A stretch of 7,479 nucleotides of DNA from Candidatus Nanohalobium sp. (GCA_042217545.1 JBDGSM010000035.1:1-7479); one strand, 5' to 3'. Shown: positions 1-6,842, counted from the first letter of the stretch. Made by a program: numbers and translations. The notes: generated from the sequence alone by a model not told the origin.

Positions 1-23
1 ACAAAATCAAGAAAGTTCTGTAA
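1..23 (+). CDS. Possible 3' end of an upstream gene (...KIKKVL*)
   Basis: The frame starting at base 3 reads AAA ATC AAG AAA GTT CTG TAA and is followed by T-rich tracts (41-64, 90-95) typical of archaeal termination regions. Too short to identify. Confidence 0.3.
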
Positions 24-115
24 AAGGGCCTTCACTCAGGTTTTCTGCAGATTTTTTAGGTTTCTAGAATAGGTGGAGAATATGGAGGCTTTTTCTCAGG
101 CCTCAGCGTGGTTTT

Positions 116-367
116 TTAGCTGTATGTTTCTTCCAGGTATTCGATGATGTCGTCGCTCTCGTTCATGGTGGTGTCTGTGTTCGGGTCGACGAGTACCGGT
201 ACCTGTGTCTCTCCTGTAAGCTCCTTCGGTTTCGCCCTGTCTCCGTTGGGTTCAACCTGGCGGGCGATGAAGTCTATCTGCATCTCTGTAAGCTTTTTAC
301 GCACCTTTGAGCAGTATGGGCACTGCTCGAACTGGTAAACTTCAAGAAGTTTTTCTGGCTTGCTCAT
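116..367 (-). CDS. Glutaredoxin / GST N-terminal-like thioredoxin-fold protein
   Basis: CPYC active site, cis-Pro motif 'QVPVLVD' and the 'MNESDDIIEYL' tail typical of GST_N/glutaredoxin proteins. ATG at 367; GTG at 373 is an alternative start. Confidence 0.88.
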   Translation of the reverse strand: MSKPEKLLEVYQFEQCPYCSKVRKKLTEMQIDFIARQVEPNGDRAKPKELTGETQVPVLVDPNTDTTMNESDDIIEYLEETYS

Positions 368-413
368 GGCCACGAGAAAAGTTTCAGGTCCCCAAAGGTT
401 TTAATCCTGGCAG

Positions 414-851
414 TTACTCTATGGTTCCCCGGGCCTTATCCAGAAGCTCTTTCTGATTCTCATAGGTCAGGAGCGAAGCTGCGTCGTCGTAGTCCAGGAA
501 GAAACCGGTTTCATGCTCGTCATGAGGGTTCTCCGACACATCCACGAACCCTGAATCAGATACTTTGACGATGAAGGCCCTGTACTCTCGCTTAACCTCC
601 TCGCCATCTTCGTCCTCGTACGTCCACTCAAGGGTTTCCCCCATTTCCTCGATGCTTTCAATATCTTCCTCGTCAAGACCTGCTTCTTCACCGAGCTCAA
701 GCTTCACACTCCCGGTGTAGTCATCGTCCTCCAGGTGGCCTTTAGGCATCTCCCAGCCCTCCCAGTTCTTTTTCCGTTTCAGCACCAGGTAGCGCTGGTT
801 CCGCCTCACTTCTTTGTACGCTACGATAACTACGCCTTTTTCAGTTCTCAT
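414..851 (-). CDS. Nudix hydrolase (Ap4A-hydrolase-like)
   Basis: 'WEMPKGHLE...ELGEEAGL' Nudix box, 'YLVLKR' N-terminal strand and 'EH..GFF' C-terminal motif. ATG at 851 lies ~25 nt below a TATA-like CTTAAATA (876-883, - strand); GTG at 860 is an alternative start. Confidence 0.85.
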   Translation of the reverse strand: MRTEKGVVIVAYKEVRRNQRYLVLKRKKNWEGWEMPKGHLEDDDYTGSVKLELGEEAGLDEEDIESIEEMGETLEWTYEDEDGEEVKREYRAFIVKVSDSGFVDVSENPHDEHETGFFLDYDDAASLLTYENQKELLDKARGTIE

Positions 852-875
852 AACTGTCACTTACACCGCTTTTTT

Positions 876-923
876 TATTTAAGCCATCCTCGTCAAAGGC
901 CTCCGAATGAAATGGTTTTTATA
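876..923. promoter_or_regulatory. Divergent archaeal promoters (TATA boxes) for the Nudix gene (-) and oapA (+)
   Basis: CTTAAATA on - at 876-883 and TTTTTATA on + at 916-923. GGTG SD-like sequence at 950-953 before the oapA ATG. Confidence 0.55.
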
Positions 924-958
924 TCTAGTCTCCGGATTTATTATTGAGCGGTGTCAAA

Positions 959-1588
959 ATGATAGATCGGCTCAAAAAGCTTATCAGTAACCTGTTCAGC
1001 GGTTCCGGAAAAGAGGATATAGGCATCGGTATCTACGGTCCTCCTAACGCCGGTAAGTCAACTCTAGCTAACCAGATATCAAAGGACCTGACAGGAGAAG
1101 AGATGAGCAACGTGTCAGAAGTGCCGCACGAAACCAGGGCGGTAGAGAAGAAAGAAAAAGTCACGATAGAGTCCAAAGACGACAGAACACTGGATCTCAA
1201 CCTTCTAGACATGCCAGGGATCTCAACCAACGTCGACTTCAAGGACTTCACAGAACACGGCCTTGAAGAAGAAGAGGCAAAAGGCCGGGCAAAGGAAGCA
1301 ACTAAAGGAATTGTTGAGGCTATCAAGTACTTGGATGATGTCGATGCAACGCTTGTAATCTTTGACTCCACCAAGGATCCTTATACGCAGGTAAACGTTA
1401 CAATCATCGGGAACCTGGAAGCAAAGGATATTCCAATACTGATTCTGGCCAACAAGATAGATAAGGAAGACGCGGAACCGGAGCGCGTACGTGATGCGTT
1501 CCCACAGCATCCTGTGCTTGAAATCTCCGCTAAAGAAGGAGAAAATATCGACAAACTTTATGAGGAAATAATAGAAAGGTTAACGTAA
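959..1588 (+). CDS. oapA: Era-like small GTPase OapA (ArvA)
   Basis: G1 GPPNAGKS, G2 PHET, G3 DMPG, G4 NKID and G5 SAK. 'IGIYGPPNAGK', 'EATKG..EAIK.L' and 'DPYTQVNVTIIGNLEA' are OapA-family signatures. N-terminal amphipathic helix MIDRLKKLISNLF. ATG 959 preferred over TTG 944. Confidence 0.92.
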   Translation: MIDRLKKLISNLFSGSGKEDIGIGIYGPPNAGKSTLANQISKDLTGEEMSNVSEVPHETRAVEKKEKVTIESKDDRTLDLNLLDMPGISTNVDFKDFTEHGLEEEEAKGRAKEATKGIVEAIKYLDDVDATLVIFDSTKDPYTQVNVTIIGNLEAKDIPILILANKIDKEDAEPERVRDAFPQHPVLEISAKEGENIDKLYEEIIERLT

Positions 1589-1977
1589 TGGCAGAGGACG
1601 GAGTTACCATAGAGTTTCTATCAAAAGAGAAGCTTACAGAACAGGAGTTTAGCAAGAAGCTGGATCTGGTCCTGGAAAAAGTCCAGGACAACGCAGTACT
1701 CGTCCTCGAAGAGGCCTGGACACCCGATGAGAAAAGTCAGTTGATCCAGAGCTCGATGGAACAGGTAGACGAAGATTTCCCAGGAGTAGAGTTCCTGGGC
1801 CTTGACGCAGGAACATCACGCCTTGACAGGGCGAAAAGACTTTTCTACGACAAACTACTTGACCAGGAGTACAGGAGAGGCCTTACAATCGTAGGTAACT
1901 CCAGGGTAATGGAGAAAATCAAAGAGGAGAAAGACACGGTATCGTTCCTCGCAAAACTCGAAGACGAAAGTAACTGA
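1588..1977 (+). CDS. oapB: OapB / ArvB (DUF2073 family)
   Basis: TAATG overlap with oapA. Motifs 'VLVLEEAWTPDEKSQLI..SM..V.EDFPGVE' and 'GLTIVG' match DUF2073, in the expected oapA-oapB-oapC order. Confidence 0.88.
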   Translation: MAEDGVTIEFLSKEKLTEQEFSKKLDLVLEKVQDNAVLVLEEAWTPDEKSQLIQSSMEQVDEDFPGVEFLGLDAGTSRLDRAKRLFYDKLLDQEYRRGLTIVGNSRVMEKIKEEKDTVSFLAKLEDESN

Positions 1978-1982
1978 GGTGA
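1976..1982 (+). promoter_or_regulatory. Shine-Dalgarno sequence for oapC
   Basis: GAGGTGA, the archaeal consensus SD, overlapping the oapB stop codon. Confidence 0.7.
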
Positions 1983-1989
1983 ACTTCTT

Positions 1990-2376
1990 ATCCCACACCG
2001 TTGCATGAACTGTGGAAGAACCTACGAGGACGACTCCGACGAACTGATAGATGGATGTGAATGCGGATCATCCCTCTTCATGTACGAGAAAGAGGAGTCC
2101 ATGGGCGAGGAAGAACTGGAGAAAGAGAGAGCTGAAGTCAAGACAGATATAGAAACAATGATCGCCGAGGGAAGCGAGGAAAAAGGCAACATCAGACTGG
2201 AGTTCGACCTGGACTCCATCAGCGTAGAGGAGGAAGGAGTCTACAACATCAACGTCTCACGCCTCCTCGAGGAAATGCCACTTGTAATCGAGAAATCCGA
2301 AGGAGTATACCATATCCACCTGCCCTCCGCGTTCGACCCTGGAAGCTCCGAAGTCCAGATAGAAGACCTCGAATGA
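1990..2376 (+). CDS. oapC: OapC / ArvC Zn-ribbon protein (DUF2072-like), probable non-canonical ATC start
   Basis: The conserved N-terminus (M)PHRCMNCG...GCECGS lies upstream of the ORF-track ATG at 2005. C-terminal 'SISVEEEGVYNINV..L' and 'EGVYHIHLPS' motifs. SD GAGGTGA at 1976-1982 is 7 nt before ATC at 1990. Confidence 0.85.
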   Translation: MPHRCMNCGRTYEDDSDELIDGCECGSSLFMYEKEESMGEEELEKERAEVKTDIETMIAEGSEEKGNIRLEFDLDSISVEEEGVYNINVSRLLEEMPLVIEKSEGVYHIHLPSAFDPGSSEVQIEDLE

Positions 2377-2418
2377 AAAAACAGATAAAATTTAAATGGT
2401 CGCTGAGAATAACTTGTT

Positions 2419-2709
2419 ATGCCAGAAGACGAAGAAGGCGACAAAGACGACAATTCAGAGCCAGAGAAGGACAAATTCGGTCTACCTAAGCTATCCACGG
2501 AAGCCGAAATGGGCCTTTCAATGACACTGTTCGTGTCAGGCCTCATGATGGTGATATCGGTCTTCTACTTCCACCACCCACCTGAGGTCATGCAGGCCTA
2601 CGTAGGACTGCTACTGATAGGTACAGCATACCTGTTCTCAACCGAGGCGGTAAGGGAACTCAACGAGAAAGATCACTTCCTCGCAAAGAGATTAATGAAG
2701 AGAGAGTAA
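2419..2709 (+). CDS. Small membrane protein with two predicted TM helices, hypothetical
   Basis: Acidic N-terminus and two hydrophobic stretches (MGLSMTLFVSGLMMVISVFYF; AYVGLLLIGTAYLFS). TTTAAA at 2391-2396 is ~23 nt upstream, consistent with a leaderless transcript. Confidence 0.75.
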   Translation: MPEDEEGDKDDNSEPEKDKFGLPKLSTEAEMGLSMTLFVSGLMMVISVFYFHHPPEVMQAYVGLLLIGTAYLFSTEAVRELNEKDHFLAKRLMKRE

Positions 2710-2758
2710 CGAAAAACAGGCACCAAAAATAAAACTTTTTACTCCCTCAAAGTATTTT

Positions 2759-3037
2759 ATGTCCGGCAAGGAAGTAGACCTAGATTTCAGGTTTGACAAT
2801 GAAGAACTCGCCAATTTCCTGGAAAACTTCTCCGAGAAAGTCAGAGAAGGCAAAGTAGGCCTCAGTTTCAGGGGAAAAGAAGAAGTGGAAATAGAACCGA
2901 CAGAAGATGCGGAACTCGACATGGATTTCTTCCAGGAAGATGACCACAGAAGACTGGAGCTCAACATCACGCTAAAAGAAGAAGTTGAGACAACTGAGCA
3001 GGGAAGACAGAGGATAAGCGTAGAAGTAATAAAGTAA
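2759..3037 (+). CDS. Amphi-Trp domain-like protein
   Basis: Pattern 'EELANFLENFSEKVREGKVGL...EVEIEP...ELDMDF..E....LELNITL' follows the amphi-Trp (TIGR04354-type) layout, but the terminal Trp position is Leu. Confidence 0.65.
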   Translation: MSGKEVDLDFRFDNEELANFLENFSEKVREGKVGLSFRGKEEVEIEPTEDAELDMDFFQEDDHRRLELNITLKEEVETTEQGRQRISVEVIK

Positions 3038-3066
3038 AAAGCAAGCCTCCAAGTCCGAGGCCTTTC

Positions 3067-3540
3067 CTAGTTACCGAAGCTCTCCAGGATCTTAATCATA
3101 CGGTCGTTCTGCTCGATAATCCTATCCAGTTTATCCTCTAAACCAGAGGTATCGCCGGAAAGACCTTCAGAAGAATTAACGCCAGCATTTCCGCTCTGAG
3201 AGGCCTCTACCTCGTTTCTATCATTTACCTGGTTCTTTGACTGACTTGAAACCTGCTGGCCTCTTTCACGGGTCTGCCTGGTTCTCTGGCTTTTTCCAGA
3301 TCTCTGCTGCCGCTGCTTCGAAGGTGCTTCAGGCCTCAAACCGTCTTCCTCCAGGACCTCGATAGGCGTATCATCGCCGTCCTCCTCTTCCTCCACATCA
3401 TTGTCCTGCGCGGCCTCCCTCAGAGTATCAAAGTTTCCACCGTTACCTGGAGAACTGCTTTCCCCGGAATCCGAGGCCTCTGAGTCCTCATCGCTGTTTT
3501 CCTCTCTTATAGAATCCTTCACGTTGTCATAGTACCCCAT
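3067..3540 (-). CDS. Acidic, intrinsically disordered protein with C-terminal coiled-coil, hypothetical
   Basis: Open 157-aa frame, SD GAAGGTGA 5 nt upstream, 14-bp overlap with the upstream gene. D/E/S/G/Q-rich linker and C-terminal helix 'LEDKLDRIIEQNDRMIKILESF'. Confidence 0.8.
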   Translation of the reverse strand: MGYYDNVKDSIREENSDEDSEASDSGESSSPGNGGNFDTLREAAQDNDVEEEEDGDDTPIEVLEEDGLRPEAPSKQRQQRSGKSQRTRQTRERGQQVSSQSKNQVNDRNEVEASQSGNAGVNSSEGLSGDTSGLEDKLDRIIEQNDRMIKILESFGN

Positions 3541-3892
3541 TCATGTCACCTTCATCCTTCAACTCGGACCTGATGTCCTTAAGTATACTTTTGATCTGCT
3601 TGTTCTGCCTGTGAATATCCTCAAGGCTTACATCACCACTACTGCTTCCTGAACGTGAAGATCTGGAGCTACCGGAGGAGGAACTGCTTCCTGAACCCAT
3701 TCCAGGCAGCATACCCGAAGTATCCTGCTCGGAAGAACCAGAATCGCTGGAATCGCCGCCTGTCAAACGTGCCTCGGCCTCATCCCTCAGGTTCCCGGCT
3801 TCCGCTTCCCCGTTTTCATCAGGTACCGAAAGAGTTACCTCTTCAGTATTCTCATCATCGTCTTTTCCATCTCCACGATCGAAAAAGCCCAT
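3527..3892 (-). CDS. Acidic, Ser/Gly-rich disordered protein with C-terminal coiled-coil, hypothetical
   Basis: ATG at 3892 lies ~23 nt below TTTTATTT (3915-3922, - strand). N-terminus MGFFDR; C-terminal helix 'LEDIHRQNKQIKSILKDIRSELK'. Confidence 0.8.
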   Translation of the reverse strand: MGFFDRGDGKDDDENTEEVTLSVPDENGEAEAGNLRDEAEARLTGGDSSDSGSSEQDTSGMLPGMGSGSSSSSGSSRSSRSGSSSGDVSLEDIHRQNKQIKSILKDIRSELKDEGDMNGVL

Positions 3893-3912
3893 CACATAAG
3901 ATTGGTCAGGCC

Positions 3913-3923
3913 CTAAATAAAAG
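3913..3923. promoter_or_regulatory. Single AT block that may act as a bidirectional TATA element
   Basis: TAAATAAAA (3914-3922) is ~23-25 nt from both divergent ATGs (3892 on -, 3947 on +). Confidence 0.45.
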
Positions 3924-3946
3924 GTTTCACCGGGAAAAAGACAAAC

Positions 3947-4426
3947 ATGGAGATAAACGTCAAACCCACGGAAAAAATCCAGCTCCTCAAAGAAGAGATC
4001 GAGAGAAGAGAAGGAAACGCAGAAATCAAGGACGGAGAAATAATAGTAGAAGCAGAAGACACGGAGTTCCTCGAAAAAATCCCCGGCATCAAAGAATACA
4101 CGGCAGAAGGAGAAACCCGGGAAGGCCTCAAGGGAAGACCGGTCCAGGAACAGGCCTACATCAGGATCGAATCAAGAAGGGACGCTGTAAAGGCCCTTCT
4201 AGCCACGATGGACGGCTACAACCTTGTGGTCCTGAACTCGGGACGTGAATGGGACCTGAGAAAACTGAAGGAGTACAACCCGGATATCAAACACCTGAAG
4301 CAGGACGAACCTGTAGAGTTCCTGGACGTGGAGAAAGCGGTCGGAGAAATAGAAGGCCTCGAAGAAGTGGAGATTGAGGTCTCTGAGGAAGAAGTTGAAC
4401 TTGCCTACCGCGAGATGCTTACATAG
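3947..4426 (+). CDS. Hypothetical protein (159 aa, acidic, globular-looking)
   Basis: Open frame with host-like acidic composition and codon usage. No family recognised. Confidence 0.8.
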   Translation: MEINVKPTEKIQLLKEEIERREGNAEIKDGEIIVEAEDTEFLEKIPGIKEYTAEGETREGLKGRPVQEQAYIRIESRRDAVKALLATMDGYNLVVLNSGREWDLRKLKEYNPDIKHLKQDEPVEFLDVEKAVGEIEGLEEVEIEVSEEEVELAYREMLT

Positions 4427-4507
4427 ATGGAACTTCTCAGGAACTATAAAACCGCATTAGATCAAAAACTTAAAACTAATTCACCCCCCTTATACTTAGT
4501 GGTAGTT

Positions 4508-4813
4508 ATGGAAAAGGACGTAGATTTCGACCGCGTCGAATACGCAACCAACAGAAAGCTTGAGAACGATGAAGGAGAGGAGACCGGACATATCAAGATG
4601 TTCAGTTACGACAAAGAAATCTTCTTCCTCGACATGAAATGTCCATACTGCGGAGAAGAGTTCGAAAAGCACGACGTGGAACTCGGATCAAGGCCATGGT
4701 GGATCGAATGCCCTGAATGCACACGTTCAACAAACGTCTACAGGATCAAAGACAAAGAAGAAAGAGAACAGGGCCCTGACGACGAAGAACTGCCAGACGA
4801 CGTCGACGCATAA
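4508..4813 (+). CDS. Zn-ribbon protein, hypothetical
   Basis: CPYC...CPEC pair. The true start is probably ATG 4508 (MEKDVDF), because 4427-4507 is AT-rich, non-acidic and contains TTAAAA at 4470-4475. Confidence 0.78.
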   Translation: MEKDVDFDRVEYATNRKLENDEGEETGHIKMFSYDKEIFFLDMKCPYCGEEFEKHDVELGSRPWWIECPECTRSTNVYRIKDKEEREQGPDDEELPDDVDA

Positions 4814-4828
4814 ACAGAAAGGTTTTCT

Positions 4829-5266
4829 ATGAACCAGGACGACCGCACTAAACTTGTAGAGAAAGCGGAGGAAGCTATGCAGAACTCCTACAGGCCTGAT
4901 AGAGGAACAAAAGTCGGGGCCGCAGTCATGACACCAGAAGGAAAGGTTTTCGGAGGCTGCGTGGTCAAGACCGCGAACGAAGGCATGGGAACCTGCGCAG
5001 AAAGATGCGCGATCTACAACGCAGTAGCACACGGAGAACAGTTCTTCACCGCGGTCGCCATAACATCAGAAAAAGACACTTTCTTCAAACCGTGCGGCAT
5101 GTGCATGCAGCTCCTCAACGAGTTCGCACAGCACAGAGAGGAAAACGACATGGATATAGTCATGGCCAACGGCGGAGAGACGGAAACAGTCAAGCTCCAC
5201 GACCTGATACCAGAGACATACGGACCGGAACAGAAATACGAAGATCCCAAGTACGGGACAGACTAG
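4829..5266 (+). CDS. cdd: Cytidine deaminase-family (homotetrameric, 3-Cys Zn) enzyme, divergent
   Basis: 'VGAAV', 'CAERCAI' (C-A-E catalytic motif), 'PCGMCMQLLNEF' and C-terminal 'L.DLIP..Y'. Substrate-binding motifs deviate from the family consensus. Confidence 0.8.
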   Translation: MNQDDRTKLVEKAEEAMQNSYRPDRGTKVGAAVMTPEGKVFGGCVVKTANEGMGTCAERCAIYNAVAHGEQFFTAVAITSEKDTFFKPCGMCMQLLNEFAQHREENDMDIVMANGGETETVKLHDLIPETYGPEQKYEDPKYGTD

Positions 5267-5275
5267 AAAAAGGCC

Positions 5276-6244
5276 TCAGAACAAAATTTCCTGCTGCTGA
5301 ACATGTTTTCTTTCCTCATCAAGAAGTTCCTCCACTTTCTCAGCCAGTCTCTCACCGTATTCTTCTAGATCATCTATTTCTGAAACTGTAAGGCCTGTAC
5401 CCTTCGACTTCGACAACGGCTTACCTTCTTCATCAGCGATCATCGGCGCCAGAAAATAAGCAGGTGTCTCACCGGTAGCCAGCTTAGTGATTTTCGCCAC
5501 TTTCACGATCTTAGACGTCTTCTGCTCCTTCGCCGCATCCCTGTAATCGCCGCCGAACACGTGAACAGAAACATCTCTACTAGGATCACGCACCGGATCC
5601 ACCAGATAATACACACCTATTTTCCCATCAAGCTGGCCGCGCGAGAAACCCTCACCACAGGCCTTATTCCGGCAACTCGCGACAAGTTCTCCCGACTCAG
5701 AGCTATAAGGTGCCCCCTTAGCGTGGGAGAAACCACAGTTGTCACAGACGTTCACGACAGGGCTACGATAACGCCTCCTGAAACCACCGCCGAAGATCTC
5801 ATCAAACTCATCCATATTCTCAAGAACGCTAGACAAGGCCTCACGGTAGCCCTCAGAGTCCAGCTCAGATAAAAAATCGGCCTCAACTTCCTCACCGGTA
5901 AAATTTTCCAGGCCGTCCAGGAAAGGCCTTATCTCCTCCACACGATGCTCCGCGACGTTACCATGCTCGTTACATGGACAGTCCCTCTCGAAGAAAAGCC
6001 GCATAACATCGCTGTTTTCAGGCCTGTGGTTCTCGTGTATATGAGCCGACCAGTCCGTATCACAGCAGAAAAGATCTAATTCAAGGCCTAACCTTGAAGC
6101 GATGACAGAAGAATAAGCCAATGTCAACAGATTCCCGACGTGAAGCTCGCCGGAAGGCCTGAAACCTACGGATAAACGCCTACCTGAGGCCTCGAAAACC
6201 TGAAGTTGTTCGAAACTTGAAGTGATTTGGAAGTCTTCTTTCAT
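5276..6244 (-). CDS. Class I lysyl-tRNA synthetase paralog, catalytic domain only
   Basis: HIGH motif 'PSGELHVGN', KMSKS motif 'KPLSKSKG', LysRS1-type 'CPCNEHGNVAEH' segment, Zn insert 'CDNCG...CRNKAC' and 'FGGDY' (GKDH-equivalent). Ends ~40 aa after KMSKS. ATG 6244 preferred over TTG 6265. Confidence 0.8.
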   Translation of the reverse strand: MKEDFQITSSFEQLQVFEASGRRLSVGFRPSGELHVGNLLTLAYSSVIASRLGLELDLFCCDTDWSAHIHENHRPENSDVMRLFFERDCPCNEHGNVAEHRVEEIRPFLDGLENFTGEEVEADFLSELDSEGYREALSSVLENMDEFDEIFGGGFRRRYRSPVVNVCDNCGFSHAKGAPYSSESGELVASCRNKACGEGFSRGQLDGKIGVYYLVDPVRDPSRDVSVHVFGGDYRDAAKEQKTSKIVKVAKITKLATGETPAYFLAPMIADEEGKPLSKSKGTGLTVSEIDDLEEYGERLAEKVEELLDEERKHVQQQEILF

Positions 6245-6267
6245 ACTTCCAGAAAGGTTGTTCAAGA

Positions 6268-6297
6268 TTCAAAACTTTACTCTGCAAACTTTTTGAA
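6268..6297. promoter_or_regulatory. Back-to-back symmetric TATA-like elements
   Basis: TTCAAAA (6268-6274) and TTTTGAA (6291-6297) form an inverted pair. Each reads TTTTGAA on its own strand and sits 24 nt from its ATG (6244 on -, 6321 on +). Confidence 0.55.
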
Positions 6298-6320
6298 CTC
6301 CGGAGCAGAAAATCCTGTCT

Positions 6321-6842
6321 ATGATTAAACACTTCTCTAGCACCAGGAACTCTTATAGAGATGAAATCCTCGAAGTCATGGAGAAAAACAACGAGGAGAC
6401 CACGCCATCTATCCAGGAGATGACAAACAAATGGGTAGCAGAAGAAGAGTTAGGCCTGGAAGATGCGGTCGAAAAGTTCTACGAGGAGAGAACAGATCAA
6501 GTACTTCTTTACCATGAAAAAGGCCTTTTGAAGGGATTTTTCCTCCTCGAGGAAAATGATGAGGATCTGAAAGAGAAGATCCCGCAGTACTGGCCACATA
6601 TCGAAGTAGCCCTCGGAATCGTAAAACAAGAATTTAGAGGAAAAGGAATCGCTCAGAGGCTTTTCGAGGAAACAGAGAAAATAATGAATAAGGAAGGCCT
6701 CGAAAACCTGGTATGGGTAACATCTACAGCAAACAAGGCCTCACAGAACTTTGCCCAGAAGCAGGGACTTGAAGAAGCAACAAAATTTTCTGAAGACAGG
6801 GAAGACGACCAGAAAACAGTTATACTTGCCAAAAAGGTTTGA
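6321..6842 (+). CDS. GNAT-family N-acetyltransferase
   Basis: Acetyl-CoA motif A 'VKQEFRGKGIAQRLF' and motif B 'NKASQNFAQKQGL'. Confidence 0.9.
   Translation: MIKHFSSTRNSYRDEILEVMEKNNEETTPSIQEMTNKWVAEEELGLEDAVEKFYEERTDQVLLYHEKGLLKGFFLLEENDEDLKEKIPQYWPHIEVALGIVKQEFRGKGIAQRLFEETEKIMNKEGLENLVWVTSTANKASQNFAQKQGLEEATKFSEDREDDQKTVILAKKV

Noticed and set aside
861..958. Replication origin upstream of oapA
   Set aside because: No ORB repeats or G-strings, a very short spacer, and no adjacent cdc6/orc1.
3636..3696. Short direct repeat ACTGCTTCCTGAAC (two copies)
   Set aside because: It encodes the Ser/Gly low-complexity linker (GSGSS); not a CRISPR or mobile-element repeat.
3655..4248. 197-aa Arg/Pro-rich ORF on +
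   Set aside because: It overlaps two better genes, and its basic composition is unlike the acidic proteome; a shadow frame.
4427..4507. N-terminal extension of the Zn-ribbon ORF starting at ATG 4427
   Set aside because: AT-rich, promoter-like sequence with atypical amino-acid composition; ATG 4508 is more plausible.
144..6597. Other short antisense/alternate-frame ORFs (144-338, 467-700, 735-947, 1033-1374, 1223-1510, 2022-2219, 2241-2546, 2692-2970, 3913-4131, 4727-5032, 5005-5391, 5014-5250, 5561-5872, 6409-6597)
   Set aside because: Ser/Phe/Leu- or Arg-rich shadows of acidic genes; all overlap well-supported CDSs.
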